DNA from: an uncultured Alphaproteobacteria bacterium
Lineage (GTDB): Bacteria; Pseudomonadota; Alphaproteobacteria; Rhizobiales; Hyphomicrobiaceae
Reading direction: 5' to 3'
Assembly (NCBI GenBank): GCA_963741545.1
Contig: CAVUIN010000018.1
Location: forward strand, 70,867-134,866
DNA length: 64,000 bases
Shown piece by piece: positions 52,291-63,299 of the stretch. The stretch's first letter is position 1. Each line of letters begins with the position of its first letter. The translations under genes and the position numbers were made by a program. Under the pieces are notes generated by a model. That model saw only the letters and a program-made list of their open reading frames with translations, was not told where the DNA came from and ran no database searches.

Positions 52291-53169
52291 ATGCTGCTGC
52301 GTGCCGGGCTCATTTATATTCTCTCCGTATTGACGGTGCTGCTCGGCGGATTGGCGGCGTGGCAGCACTTGGACATTTCGTTGAGAGACGAGAGCGCAGC
52401 CGCGCTCAACAATCGGATCAAGTCGCTGCAAATCGATTTGGATGCAGTGGGCCGCCGCGAAGACTCCGCTTTGCGAAGAGCGCTTGTGGCCGAAGATAGC
52501 CTCTTGCGCAATGCAACATATAGCTCTTCCGATGTCATCCGGCTGAATGAGGCGCGTGAGACTCTCGCGGACGCCATTCGAGATAAAGCCGCGGCGGAGG
52601 CTGCGCGCAGCCGTCTCGAAGCAGACCTTGCCCAAGCGGAAAAGGAACGCGATCAAATCCGTGCCGAACGAGACGACATACAACGTGCCGCCGACGAGGC
52701 GCGCATGGCGGCAGACAAAGCCTTGCAGGACGCCGACACGGCGCGTCAGGAGCTTTCCGACCTGAAGAAGGCCGGGGCGACTGCAAGGCATGCAGAAGTG
52801 CCGCAGAAATCAACGGTATCAACGGAAGCGGTGGTTGCAACACCGGCGGCGCCATCGCTTAATGTTCAAGCGCCCTCGGTCGCCGCCGCACCTGATGAAA
52901 CCATTCGCCCGGCGACTGAATCGGCCACAGCAGATCGAACAGCAGAACAGGAAGACAAAAAATCGGCGCTGGTACCGAACGCAGTGACGATTGAACCTGT
53001 GCCCGCGCCTAAATCTGAGAAACGAGCTGAAAAGCCAGCGGCCTCAAAGCGCGCGGTCATCAAGAGCGAACCGCGCCGGCCAAATGCAAAGCCCGCGACG
53101 GCAAGTAGTAGCGCTGCTAAGAAGCCGCCGAAGCAGGCGAAGAAAGACGAACCGTTCTTTCCCTTCTGA
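52291..53169 (+). CDS. Membrane-anchored coiled-coil protein
   Basis: N-terminal TM, heptad-rich middle, Pro/Lys tail. Confidence 0.7.
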   Translation: MLLRAGLIYILSVLTVLLGGLAAWQHLDISLRDESAAALNNRIKSLQIDLDAVGRREDSALRRALVAEDSLLRNATYSSSDVIRLNEARETLADAIRDKAAAEAARSRLEADLAQAEKERDQIRAERDDIQRAADEARMAADKALQDADTARQELSDLKKAGATARHAEVPQKSTVSTEAVVATPAAPSLNVQAPSVAAAPDETIRPATESATADRTAEQEDKKSALVPNAVTIEPVPAPKSEKRAEKPAASKRAVIKSEPRRPNAKPATASSSAAKKPPKQAKKDEPFFPF

Positions 53170-53234
53170 GATGCAGGCCCTTCTGAGATCCAGGCCCTTC
53201 TAAGTACCAGGGCCTGGAATCCGGCTCCGCTTCC

Positions 53235-54158
53235 TTACTCGCAGCCAAATTCAATTTTGACCCACGGCAGATCGAGTTGGCAGTTGCCTGCGCGCGTCTT
53301 TTTGAGGAACTTGCTAACGTCAATGTCGCCAAGATTGATTTTGCCGTTGCTTGACGGCTCGTCATCGTTTGACGGATCGCTTTCCTCATCTGCTTGCGCG
53401 GTCTTGTCATTTTCAGAAGCAGGTTCTGAAGCCGGTCCCGCGGCGGATTGCGAAGGCGTGATGGCTTTCGGCGCGCCGGCAGTGGCGGGTTTCGTCACGT
53501 CAGGCGCAGCCTCGGGCCTGGACGACGGCAAAGTTTCCGTGGTTTTCACAACGGGTTCTTTCACTTCGGGAGGCTTCACATCAGGCACTTTTACGTCCGA
53601 GGTTTTGACTTGCGCTGATGTCGTGCCGGCCGCCTTAAGTTCAGGTGTTTTGAGTTCAGGCGCTTTGGTTTCAGCGGGAGCCGCAGCCACAGGTGCGACG
53701 GGCGCCGGTTCTGGGGTGGCTGTTTTCGCGGCTGTTTCCGTGCTGCCGCAACGCTGCAGATCAGCCGGCGCGCGCTTCCATATCATGGTTTTGGAAAATA
53801 GTTTGACACCCGCATAGCCGACGACACGCAATTTTCCGTCTCCAAGCGGTGTCAATTCGACATCGTAGCGGCGCTTCTTTTCCGGAGAATAGACCCAGCC
53901 GCCATCCCAGGTCGAACCGCCCGCGTGGCGCGCTTCGCCGATGATCTGCTTGCCGCAGCCTTTGGCGTCTGCGCCGTCCTTGACCCAGACAACGTGGCCG
54001 CAGAGCGCGCCGCCGCAGTTCTTGATTTCAACCGCACCGCGGCCTGTATCATTAAGCCAGACGCCCTTGGGGTCAGAGGCTGCTTGAGAGACTGCCGGCA
54101 TCAGAGTTGCCAGCGCTGCAAGGGCAATGGGCCCAATAGCAAAATGCGATTTCAACAT
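53235..54158 (-). CDS. DUF2147 secreted protein with Pro-rich linker
   Basis: GVWL..G..VEI..CG..LCG.VVW, WDGGWVYSPE, LRVVGY..FSKTMIWKR. Confidence 0.85.
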   Translation of the reverse strand: MLKSHFAIGPIALAALATLMPAVSQAASDPKGVWLNDTGRGAVEIKNCGGALCGHVVWVKDGADAKGCGKQIIGEARHAGGSTWDGGWVYSPEKKRRYDVELTPLGDGKLRVVGYAGVKLFSKTMIWKRAPADLQRCGSTETAAKTATPEPAPVAPVAAAPAETKAPELKTPELKAAGTTSAQVKTSDVKVPDVKPPEVKEPVVKTTETLPSSRPEAAPDVTKPATAGAPKAITPSQSAAGPASEPASENDKTAQADEESDPSNDDEPSSNGKINLGDIDVSKFLKKTRAGNCQLDLPWVKIEFGCE

Positions 54159-54365
54159 GGTGGAGTCCTTCCAATATTGATCCAGCCTACGCTTGTGCGC
54201 TCGAAGACGCACCGGCGCTGTTCCAAACGGAACAGATCGTAGGTCCAGCGATGCACCGCATGGCTTTGTCGCCTCATGCGGGCTCAAGGTTCAAATGGAT
54301 CATCGGCCCATGGAAGGACCCGTAATAGGTGTCAAAACCTCGCGTCTTTTGCTCGTACCGAAGAT

Positions 54366-55895
54366 TTAAGCGCCGCGTTTGAAGGAAATGTTTTTCTTTT
54401 CCACAAAGCCATAGAACGCGTTGGTGCGTTCTGCGCCGTCCTTCATGTAGGCCTCTTTGGCCTTTTGCAGCTTGTCATCTTTCAAATTGACGTTGTGCTT
54501 GGCGAGGTTGTTGGGGTCGATGCCGTGGATCGCGGCCGTGTTGAGGCCGAAGATCTTGCGCTTCACTTCGCTGTCGTCGCCGCCCAAGGGTGCGAACCCG
54601 AACTTCTTTTGCATGTCGTCTGGGATTTCCATACGGCGCAGAGCTTCGATCTGCCATTGCGGCGAGCCGTACCAGACGGAATCTGTGCCCCAAACAACGC
54701 GGTCGGCGCCAAGCCCCTTGATCAAAGTGCCGAGCAACCCGGCGGCGTGCTGAGGGTGCGAGATGACGCTATTTGCAAAGCAGCTACCCAGTTCGCCGTA
54801 GACGTTGCTGACGCCGAACTTGGCCGGCACTTCGGCAAGATCGGTGACCCAATCGATGCGCCCCGTCTCCTTGAACTTCTTCAGGTGATCTTCCGGATAT
54901 TCGGTCAAGGGCTTGAGGCCCGAATGGAAGATGACGAACTTGATGCCGGGCCAGTCCTTCGCGGCCTTGCCGACGTCGTCGACCATGGCGTGCTTCCAGG
55001 CGTGGAAGGTGTCGGCATAGTCGTTGGGCAGCAGTCCCTTGTGGATGCAGAAGGTGGTGATGCCAGACTTCATCATTTTTTCGTAAGCCGGGTACATCAA
55101 CTTTTCGTCGTCGAGCCGGTAAGGGAAGTCGCTGTTCGAGAGCGGATCGCCAACCGTGTAGCCCTTCCAGGCAATTGGCTTTTGTTCGGCCGCGCAGCGG
55201 TCCATTTCCTCAAGCCATCCGGGTACGCTCGGATTGATAATGGCCTGGCTCCACATGCGGCGCGAACCGCACAATTCGTCCATGAGATCCTGTGCGCGCT
55301 TCATTTCCGGGTTGGAGAGGAACCAATTGTCGGGGTTGTCGGCTGGTGCGCCAGAGAGAATGCCGATTTTTGTGTCGCTGTCGAAATAAACCTCGCGCAG
55401 GAAGTTAGCGAACTGGAGCTGTTCGAATTCGGTCTGCTTGTCGCGATATTTTTCCGGCACCCACTTTTCCATGCCGTACTTGCGCAAGCCCTTGAGGCCC
55501 TCGAAGTTGAAGCCTTCGTAAACGAAGTGCAACTGGTCGTCGAAAATGAATTGGTCGCGCAGGGCTGATGCGCGCTCTTCGGCCATCGCGGCATCCGCGG
55601 CTTCTGCGCGTGTGGCGCCGAAAACGTGGCCGTAGTGGTCGTTCATTACGGAGAACGAGAGGGCGAAGCCTGCAGCCGAACGCAAAAACGCGCGGCGTGA
55701 CGTGCCATTCTTCTTGGCGATCTGACCGGCCGCGTCGAGGATCTCAGCTTTGATTTTGCGCTGCGTGTCGTTTTGCGCAGGGGGATTGAATTCGCCGTTA
55801 GACAAAACCTGTGATGGCACTGGAATTTCCGTGCCGCTCTCGGCGCGGTCCTGCAGGCCAAGGCCGTAATTCTCGGTTTTGATCCATAGCGACAT
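54366..55895 (-). CDS. Amidohydrolase family protein with internal RRxFL motif
   Basis: DDQLHF, WKGYT, CIHKG, FHSG, WGTDSVWYGSPQWQI. Confidence 0.85.
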   Translation of the reverse strand: MSLWIKTENYGLGLQDRAESGTEIPVPSQVLSNGEFNPPAQNDTQRKIKAEILDAAGQIAKKNGTSRRAFLRSAAGFALSFSVMNDHYGHVFGATRAEAADAAMAEERASALRDQFIFDDQLHFVYEGFNFEGLKGLRKYGMEKWVPEKYRDKQTEFEQLQFANFLREVYFDSDTKIGILSGAPADNPDNWFLSNPEMKRAQDLMDELCGSRRMWSQAIINPSVPGWLEEMDRCAAEQKPIAWKGYTVGDPLSNSDFPYRLDDEKLMYPAYEKMMKSGITTFCIHKGLLPNDYADTFHAWKHAMVDDVGKAAKDWPGIKFVIFHSGLKPLTEYPEDHLKKFKETGRIDWVTDLAEVPAKFGVSNVYGELGSCFANSVISHPQHAAGLLGTLIKGLGADRVVWGTDSVWYGSPQWQIEALRRMEIPDDMQKKFGFAPLGGDDSEVKRKIFGLNTAAIHGIDPNNLAKHNVNLKDDKLQKAKEAYMKDGAERTNAFYGFVEKKNISFKRGA

Positions 55896-56133
55896 GACGC
55901 ACTCCACAAGAAAAGACGCAAACTGAAGAGACTTTCGATCGTCGAATAGTTCGAGATCATTGTATCAACGGTGCGTGCGCAAACAATTCACCGGAGGTAT
56001 TGGCTCGCTATTCACGGCAATGCATCTGGCATAAATGGTAGCGCATCAGGCATAAATGGCAACGCCGTGTGCATGAGGTATTGGAGTGTCGCGAGCGACG
56101 GCAAGAGGTGCCAGAGAATGCACCGGGACAATG

Positions 56134-56664
56134 TTACTTCGCCATGCGTAACGGACTGAGCTGCACTCTGTGCGGTTTCGCTTCTCGCGCAAGGATGGTA
56201 GCGATTTTGCGCATTTGGTCCGGCCAAATTGGCTTTGGCATGATGGTGAGTAAGTTCTCTGGGCCCGCGACTTTCACGAAATCTTCAAGCGTGTAATCCG
56301 AATAGCCAGAGACGATGACGATGTGGACGTTCGGGTCGATCAATCGGATGCGCCGGGCCGTTTCATAACCATCGATGCCGGGCGGCATACGGACGTCGAG
56401 GAAGATGCCGGCAAATGGATCTCCATCCTCGATGGCCCATTTGATGGCAGCGACGGCATCCAATCCTTGTTCCACGAATGTGACGCGCCAATTCGGCTTC
56501 GTGGTTTGCTGCGCGCCAAAGAGCTCGGCTTCGAGTGTGTCGAGGCCGAACAGTTCGCGCACGTTTTCGCTTTGCTCTGATTTCTCGAGCACAAGACGAT
56601 AAGCCGCTATGACACCTGTGTCGTCGTCTGCGACCAGCAGACGTGGCGTTTGTTCCGGCAGCAT
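56134..56664 (-). CDS. Single-domain response regulator
   Basis: LLVADDD, FLDVRMPPGIDG, SGYSD, KP. Confidence 0.85.
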   Translation of the reverse strand: MLPEQTPRLLVADDDTGVIAAYRLVLEKSEQSENVRELFGLDTLEAELFGAQQTTKPNWRVTFVEQGLDAVAAIKWAIEDGDPFAGIFLDVRMPPGIDGYETARRIRLIDPNVHIVIVSGYSDYTLEDFVKVAGPENLLTIMPKPIWPDQMRKIATILAREAKPHRVQLSPLRMAK

Positions 56665-56882
56665 TGGGTAGCTCCACTACCGTTCAGAAAACTTGCGATG
56701 AACAGCAGTCAATAGAGTGTCCGATTCTGCCGCTCCGGTACAGCTTTAGATAGGCCAATTTCCGTTGGTACACGTTGATCCGCAGTCGGATACGACGGCA
56801 AAAACTGAGCGCCTGAATGGCATTAGAGCTTTCAAACGCACGCAAAAAAAACAGGCACAAAAAATGTGGGCGCGGGACCGGA

Positions 56883-57272
56883 TTACGAAACAAGCTGCAG
56901 CGGCAAGATCATGCGCCGCGATTTGCCTTCGAAATAGCAGCCGTCTTCAAGCACGAGCTGATTGTGAAAGATATCGCCCGTGACCGAGCACGCCGTTTTG
57001 AGGAATAGCGTGTTGGCGAAGATCTCTCCGTTGATCTCGCCGAGCACCGTGACAGTATTCGAGCGAACGGCCCCGTTGACGACGCCGCGTTCTGTGACGG
57101 TCAGCGAGGTGCAAGTGACATCGCCCTCGATGGTGCCAGAAAGGACAATGGGACCCGGATAATCGAGTGCGCCTTCGATCGTCACCGAGCGCGGAAGTGT
57201 GAGTGTCTGGGTTTGTGCAGAACTTGGTGCGGAACTAGGCGTCGGCTTGTGCTTCAGAACGGGCTCAGACAT
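56883..57272 (-). CDS. Bactofilin (polymer-forming cytoskeletal protein)
   Basis: Beta-helix repeats IEG, VTVLGEING, VTGDI, LEDGCYFEG. Confidence 0.88.
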   Translation of the reverse strand: MSEPVLKHKPTPSSAPSSAQTQTLTLPRSVTIEGALDYPGPIVLSGTIEGDVTCTSLTVTERGVVNGAVRSNTVTVLGEINGEIFANTLFLKTACSVTGDIFHNQLVLEDGCYFEGKSRRMILPLQLVS

Positions 57273-57567
57273 GGAATTCCCCCAGATCGAGCGCCCGCAC
57301 GCCTTAAGCTGCATCCTTTCCCCTGAACGAGGCGAGATTGGGACGTCAACGGCCGGCATACAAAAATGATGTGGTCCGGCCACAGGCGCTGAAATTTCTG
57401 CGTCAAATTTGAATAAGCGCGGCCGTTGCGGTTTTTGAGGACACAGCCCGGGGGCGCGACTCAAGCTAATATTCCTCGATGTGCCCGGAATACCGGGACA
57501 GTTGGGAACAAGAAACTTCGGAGGAGCGTTCAGGTTCGAAACTCAGTGCAAATGGACTGGGACGAAT

Positions 57568-58122
57568 ATGACAACGCAAACTGCGCTACGGGCATCGTCC
57601 CGGTTGTTGTTTCTCGGGGCCGGGATGGCGATTGCGGCGGCGCTCGTTTTGGCGTCTGCGCGCGCGGCTCGGGCCAGTGATACCGGCACATGTCCCGGTG
57701 TCGATCTCGTTGAAACCAATCTCGAGAACGGCAAGTCGTCGGGCTACTACATCCCGGGCTTGAGACTCATCATTCTCAATCGCACGATCCTTGCGAACTA
57801 TGCGCCAGCGGTGCAGCACTTCATTCTGGCGCACGAGTGCGCGCACGCCGATCCCAAGGTCGGGGAAGATGAGATGCAGGCCGACTGCGCGGCGTCTACG
57901 CGCGGCATTCAAGAGGGGTGGCTCGGGGCGCAGGACTTGATCAAGGTGTGCGTGCACTTATCGCGCTTTCCGGCAGATGCGACACACCCGCCGATCCAGG
58001 TGCGCTGTGCCAACATCCGCCGCTGTGCGCGCGAAGCCGAGTTCGAGATCGCGCGGAAACCGGCCATTCCGCCTGAAAAGGACATCGCGCGGACCCCGCT
58101 TATGGCCCGCAACTTCGAATAG
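57568..58122 (+). CDS. Secreted zincin-like (HExxH) protein
   Basis: FILAHECAH, EMQADC, THP..R. Confidence 0.75.
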   Translation: MTTQTALRASSRLLFLGAGMAIAAALVLASARAARASDTGTCPGVDLVETNLENGKSSGYYIPGLRLIILNRTILANYAPAVQHFILAHECAHADPKVGEDEMQADCAASTRGIQEGWLGAQDLIKVCVHLSRFPADATHPPIQVRCANIRRCAREAEFEIARKPAIPPEKDIARTPLMARNFE

Positions 58123-58178
58123 GATTTGACTCTTCTTCGTTTCACGCCTTAAACGCACATGAAACGGGAGAATTTCAA

Positions 58179-58301
58179 ATGCCGACCATGTCGAACCTGC
58201 GCCGCCGCAAGATCCAGAATAAGCAGCTCAAGGCCGAGAACGCCGCCAACCGCGTCGCTAAAGCAGCCAAGAAAGAACGCAACGCCAAGAAGAAGGCGTA
58301 A
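58179..58301 (+). CDS. 40-aa highly basic small protein
   Basis: RBS GGGAGA; MPTMSNLRRRKIQNKQLKAENAANRVAKAAKKERNAKKKA with host-like codons. Confidence 0.6.
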   Translation: MPTMSNLRRRKIQNKQLKAENAANRVAKAAKKERNAKKKA

Positions 58302-58368
58302 GCGCAAGCCGGGTGGCACCCTTCACGGGTCCGTCCGCCCCATAAATTTTTTGATGATGACTTGTTCG

Positions 58369-59054
58369 TCACGGCGTTTGTCCTCCGCCGTGCGGGGCGG
58401 GTATGTCGCGCCTTAAGCGATCCATCTCAGTCGGCGATGTGATGAGCGTGGCCGCTGCCGGTCCATTCACCAGATGCGGATCGCAGGGACCGAGCAGCGC
58501 GTCGATGCGCCCGCTATAGACGACGCTGTTTGACCATTTGTCTCTGGCTTCGCTTGGGTTGGCGAGCGTGTTGTTCAACGCGAGAACCACGCGCTCGCGG
58601 TCGTCCGTTGCCGGCCTCGAATTCCGGGAGCGCGGCTGAGCCGGCAGCCGCCGTCGCAGATTTTCTCGCGGATGAGGAACACTTTGCCGTCTTTGGCCGC
58701 TAAGGGCATTTTGCCTTTGAGAACCGTGACGCTGTCGTAGACTTCGAGGATCGACGGCACGTAGGTTTCATAGATGTCGGAGAGATAGCGGCGCGACGCG
58801 AGACGCCCGCGAAACACGATATCGACATCGTCGAGCGCATCGATGAGGACGCGGAGCCGCAGATCCTTGCGTTTTTCTTCCGTGATCGTGCCGTCGGAGA
58901 CGGACGCGTATTCCGATTGGTTGCCCAAGCGGCAATTGGAGAGCGGCCGGGCGGCGAGCGGCGTTGCGAGGGATGCAGTCAAGCATAAGGCCAAGCACCA
59001 CGTCACGGGTGGTGCAGCGCGGGCCAGCAACATTTGTGCGAGCGCTCCGGTCAT
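58369..59054 (-). CDS. Secreted hypothetical protein (probable frameshift near 58600)
   Basis: Signal-like N-terminus; coding continues in ORF 58369-58590. Confidence 0.5.
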
Positions 59055-59228
59055 GACCCAAGTTTAGCCGGGAAGGCTGGCGATGTCATGGCGTTGTTGT
59101 CATGGCGTAGTTGTCATGGCGTTGTGATGGCAAAGCAGCACGCTTGTCTGCGCCGCGTTGGCGGCCCACCGGCTCACCATTGCCGCTTCGGTGCGTTGCT
59201 GGCCGTTCCGCGCGGATGGTATGCGCCG

Positions 59229-59391
59229 TCACATATCCAATTCGGACTCGTCGACGGTTTCCGCCGTGCCCGCGAATGACGTCCGCGCCTTGGGTGCGCG
59301 TGATCCATTCCAACGTCCGTTTGACGCCGGGGTAGAACGTCTTGTTCTTGTTATTGTCGTACCACTTGAAACCATACACCGTGATTTTCAT
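59229..59391 (-). CDS. Small hypothetical protein (frameshifted)
   Basis: MKITVYGFKWYD...GADVI then AGTAETVDESELD in a shifted frame. Confidence 0.4.
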
Positions 59392-59522
59392 GGGCGTCCC
59401 CCATGCTACGCTTTCTGGAAACATAGCATGGTCTCGGCTGAGACAAGGCGGAATTTTTGCCGCTTGGGTTTCGGGGCTGGGGAGGACGGCCAATACTTCA
59501 GGTGCGCGCCAAGACGGGAAAC

Positions 59523-59729
59523 GTAGGTTGGGTTAGTGCGGCCAGTGAATTTCAATAATGATATGCATTGGCGAATTCCGCACGTAACCCAACAATCAAG
59601 ACCAGTGACGGAGAGCTGTCATCCCGGCCGGAGAAATCGCGTGGGCGATTTCGTAGAGCCGGGACCCACGCGTGAACGCTGCTGGGTCCCGGGTCTGCGC
59701 GGCGAACGCCACTTCGCCCGGGATGACAG
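59523..59729. repeat. Family C unit (59523-59593) plus family B doublet (59616-59729)
   Basis: GTAGGTTGGGTTAG..CGTAACCCAAC; CTGTCATCCCGG..CCGGGACCCA..TGGGTCCCGG..CCGGGATGACAG. Confidence 0.8.
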
Positions 59730-59960
59730 TTGCGCGCGTAGCCTGACGCCAAGCTGCGCTTTGTATCCGGCGGAAACGCTGCGCTTTCGCAGAATCGTCC
59801 CAGCGGCATTCTGCAAGGTCGTCTCCGAGACGCCGGGAACATGCGTGTTAGTCTCTTTGCGGCAGCATTGCCGAGCGGCGGTTGTCGGAAACGCCCCATG
59901 TCATATCCTGCCATTTGTCTGCGAGATGCGATCAACGCTAGTTCTAGCGTCAATTCTTTC

Positions 59961-60665
59961 CTAGCAGCCGTCAGAAGAAACTCGCATGCTAAGCGGCATC
60001 CACATTGATCTAACGCAATACTTTTCGCCAGCTTCGCGGAGCGCTCCCCATCGTCTCCTCAGGAATTGGAACTGTGTCTTGGAATGGTAACTTCTTCGAC
60101 GCATACGAAATGAGTTTAGCGTCTTGAGCTTTGTGAACATCGCCTCCCACATTGCATTCGCCTCCATGACTTCTCTAGATAGCCCCGATGGTTGGCGGCG
60201 GCGGGCGAATATTGTCTGAAAGCTGCAAGCGTGCCAGCCTTGAAGGCCGCTAACAAGCGTCATCTCTTAGCGCGCGTCCAGCTGTGCAGACCTTCCAAGT
60301 CTCTTTCTTTGTGGAGTTGGCTGCGCTCAGTCGCATGAAATTCCTTCGGCGACACACCGTGCGATATTCTTGATTACTTTGCATGATTCGATTTGTTATC
60401 TCGCGAACTAATTCGACCAACCATCTTCGACCGAGCGGCGTTGTTGGGATTAATAATTGCGGCTTGAGCGATTTCGAGTTACTTCGAGGCGACCGGCCAA
60501 GTATTCGAGGTAAGTGCGGAACCGCTCAATCTGTTGGCCCGGTATTACAGCAGTGAAGACTTCAGCGAGCGCTCCTCCGACGATTGGAACTGCACTTAGA
60601 TTGCGCGAAGAATTGCGGCAGCGTGATCAGAGTTGACCTGCCGATAATTTTGGCAATTTTTCCAT
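59961..60665 (-). pseudogene. Lower-GC, multiply disrupted hypothetical gene
   Basis: Fragments such as LSAVPIVGGALAEVFTAVIPGQQIERFRTYLEYL split by stops and frameshifts. Confidence 0.5.
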
Positions 60666-62985
60666 GTCATCACACCCCCAACTCTGCTCGTCCATCAACC
60701 CCTTCATCCACCCCTCATGCGACTGCCGCAGTTCGGCGAGCGGCAGGGACTTCTCGCCCTTCAAGGAAATCACGGGCGGAGGATTGTGGCAATGCCGGTT
60801 CCGGCAGTCTGAAAGCCGTCGCGGGCGCAACCGTCCGCCCCACAATCCGCGACGGCAATTCCAACAGCCGCGCGCGCTCTAAAACTTCCTCGGCCTTCTG
60901 CGGCGTGACTTCGACAACGTAGCGGCCCTGGTCTTCGCCGAACCAGATGGCGTGCGGGGGGAGTTTGCCTTCGTAGGGGTAAAGCTCGGCGCCGATGCCA
61001 GCCCCATTATTTGGCGCCTCGCGCGATCCCGCATTCGCGCCGCCCGCCAACGCCATTTCGGCAATCGCAACCAGCAGCCCGCCGTCCGAACAATCATGCA
61101 CCGCCTGCGCGATGCCGGAGCGGATCAACGCGCGCACGAGACGGCCGGCTTTGATTTCGTCTTCCGAGATCGACCGGCGGCGGCGCGCCTTCGAATTTTC
61201 CGGTCGCGTGGCTTTGATAAATCGATTGGCCCAAATGCCCGCGTTCTGGCCCGATGACGACAAGCATGTTGCCGTCGGATTTGAGAGCGATATTCGCGGT
61301 CTTGGTCCAATCGGGAATGAGGCCGACGCCGCCGATCGCGGGCGTGGGTGGAATGCCAACGCCATTCGTCTCGTTGTAGAGCGAGACGTTGCCCGAGACG
61401 ACCGGATAGTCGAGCGCCTTGCAGGCTTCCGCCATGCCGCGGCAGCTCGCAACAAATTGCCCCATGATCTCGGGGCGCTCGGGGTTGGCGAAGTTCATGT
61501 TGTCGGTGATGGCGAGCGGATCGGCGCCGACGGCCGTCAAGTTGCGCCAGGTTTCGACCACGGCTTGCTTGGTGCCCATCTCGGGATCGGCGGTCACATA
61601 GCGCGGCGTGCAATCACACGCGACGGCAATGGCTTTGTTGCGTGCCGTGCACGCGCACCACGCCCGCGTCGCCGCCGGGGCGGCCAATCGTGTCGCCCAT
61701 GACCATGTGGTCGTACTGTTCCCAGATCCAGCGGCGCGAGGCGAAGTGATGCGAGCCCATCATGTCTTTGAGCGTGCCGAGCAGAGAGTTGGGTGCCGGA
61801 ACCCACTCGGGCAGAATTTCGGCTTGCTTCTTCGGCTCGACCCACGGGCGCTCGTACATCGGCGCGGAGTTGGCGAGCTTGTCGACGGGGAGATCGGCTT
61901 CGACCACGCCCTTGTGCTTGATGACCATGCGGCCGGTGTCGGTGGTGATGCCGATGACGGCGAAGTCGAGTTCCCATTTCTGGATGATTTTCTGAGCTTC
62001 GGCTTCGCGGCCGGGTTTGAGCATCATCAACATGCGCTCTTGTGATTCCGACAGCATCATTTCGTAAGCGGTCATGTTCGCTTCGCGCTGGGGAACTAAA
62101 TCGAGATTAAGTTCGATGCCGACGCCGCCTTTGTCGGCCATTTCCGATGTCGATGAGGTAAGGCCGGCCGCGCCCATATCCTGAATGGCAATGATGCAGT
62201 CGGTCGCCATCAATTCGAGGCAGGCTTCGATGAGGAGCTTTTCGGTGAAGGGATCGCCGACTTGCACGGTCGGGCGTTTTTCATCGCTCTTGTCGTCGAA
62301 TTCGGCCGACGCCATGGTTGCGCCGTGGATGCCGTCGCGGCCGGTTTTCGAGCCGACGTAGACGACGGGCAGGCCGACGCCCTTCGCGGCCGAATAGAAA
62401 ATCTTGTCCGTACGCGCGAGGCCGACGCACATGGCGTTGACCAGAATGTTGTTGTTGTAGCCGGCGTCGAAATTGGTTTCCCCGCCAATGGTCGGCACGC
62501 CCGTGCAGTTGCCGTAATGCGCGATGCCGGCGACGACGCCGTTGACGAGGTGGCGGGTTTTCGGGTGATCGGGCGCGCCAAAGCGCAGAGCATTCATGTT
62601 GGCGACGGGGCGCGCGCCCATCGTGAAGACGTCGCGCATGATGCCGCCGACGCCGGTTGCCGCACCCTGGAACGGTTCGATGTAGGAGGGGTGGTTGTGG
62701 CTATTCCATTTTGAAGACGACGCAATCGCCGTCGCCGATGTCGACGACACCGGCGTTTTCGCCCGGGCCTTGGATGACCTGCGGGCCTGTCGTCGGCAAC
62801 GTCTTCAACCAGACGCGCGAGGATTTGTAAGAGCAGTGCTCCGACCACATGACCGAGAAGATACCAAGTTCGCAAAACAGTGGTTCGCGCCCGAGGATTT
62901 CCAAGAGACGGGGATATTCGTCGCCCTTGAAGCCATGCGACGCGATCATTTCAGGGGTAATTTTGGAGGCGGTGTTGGCGGCCAT
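60627..62985 (-). CDS. purL: Phosphoribosylformylglycinamidine synthase subunit PurL (several frameshifts; end approximate)
   Basis: [64 protein letters not shown]. Confidence 0.95.
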
Positions 62986-63299
62986 TTCGGGTCGGTTCCA
63001 GCATCAAAGTTTGAATCGTGTTGCGGCTGCTTATAGCGGCGAGGGGCGCGCTTGTCCTAGGCCCGCAGAGCCGCGTCCACAACTCCCGTCCGCGCGCCGG
63101 ATATGTGACCCCGCTATGACGCGACTACCCACTTGGGCTGTGACTATACCGCGCTGCACAAAATGCATTCCGGAAATGCATAGCTAGGTCTTTCAATAGC
63201 CGAGTCATGGGGTTATCTATCCCTCTAGAACGTAGCCGTCATGCCCGGACATTCCTGCGAGGGCTTGAACGCTACGAAAGTGGATAGGAGGCCCCATCC

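Noticed and set aside
60774-60856. HDV-like ribozyme topology in the purL insert
   Set aside because: Helix order is similar, but the conserved L3/P1.1 nucleotides and the catalytic C in J4/2 are absent.
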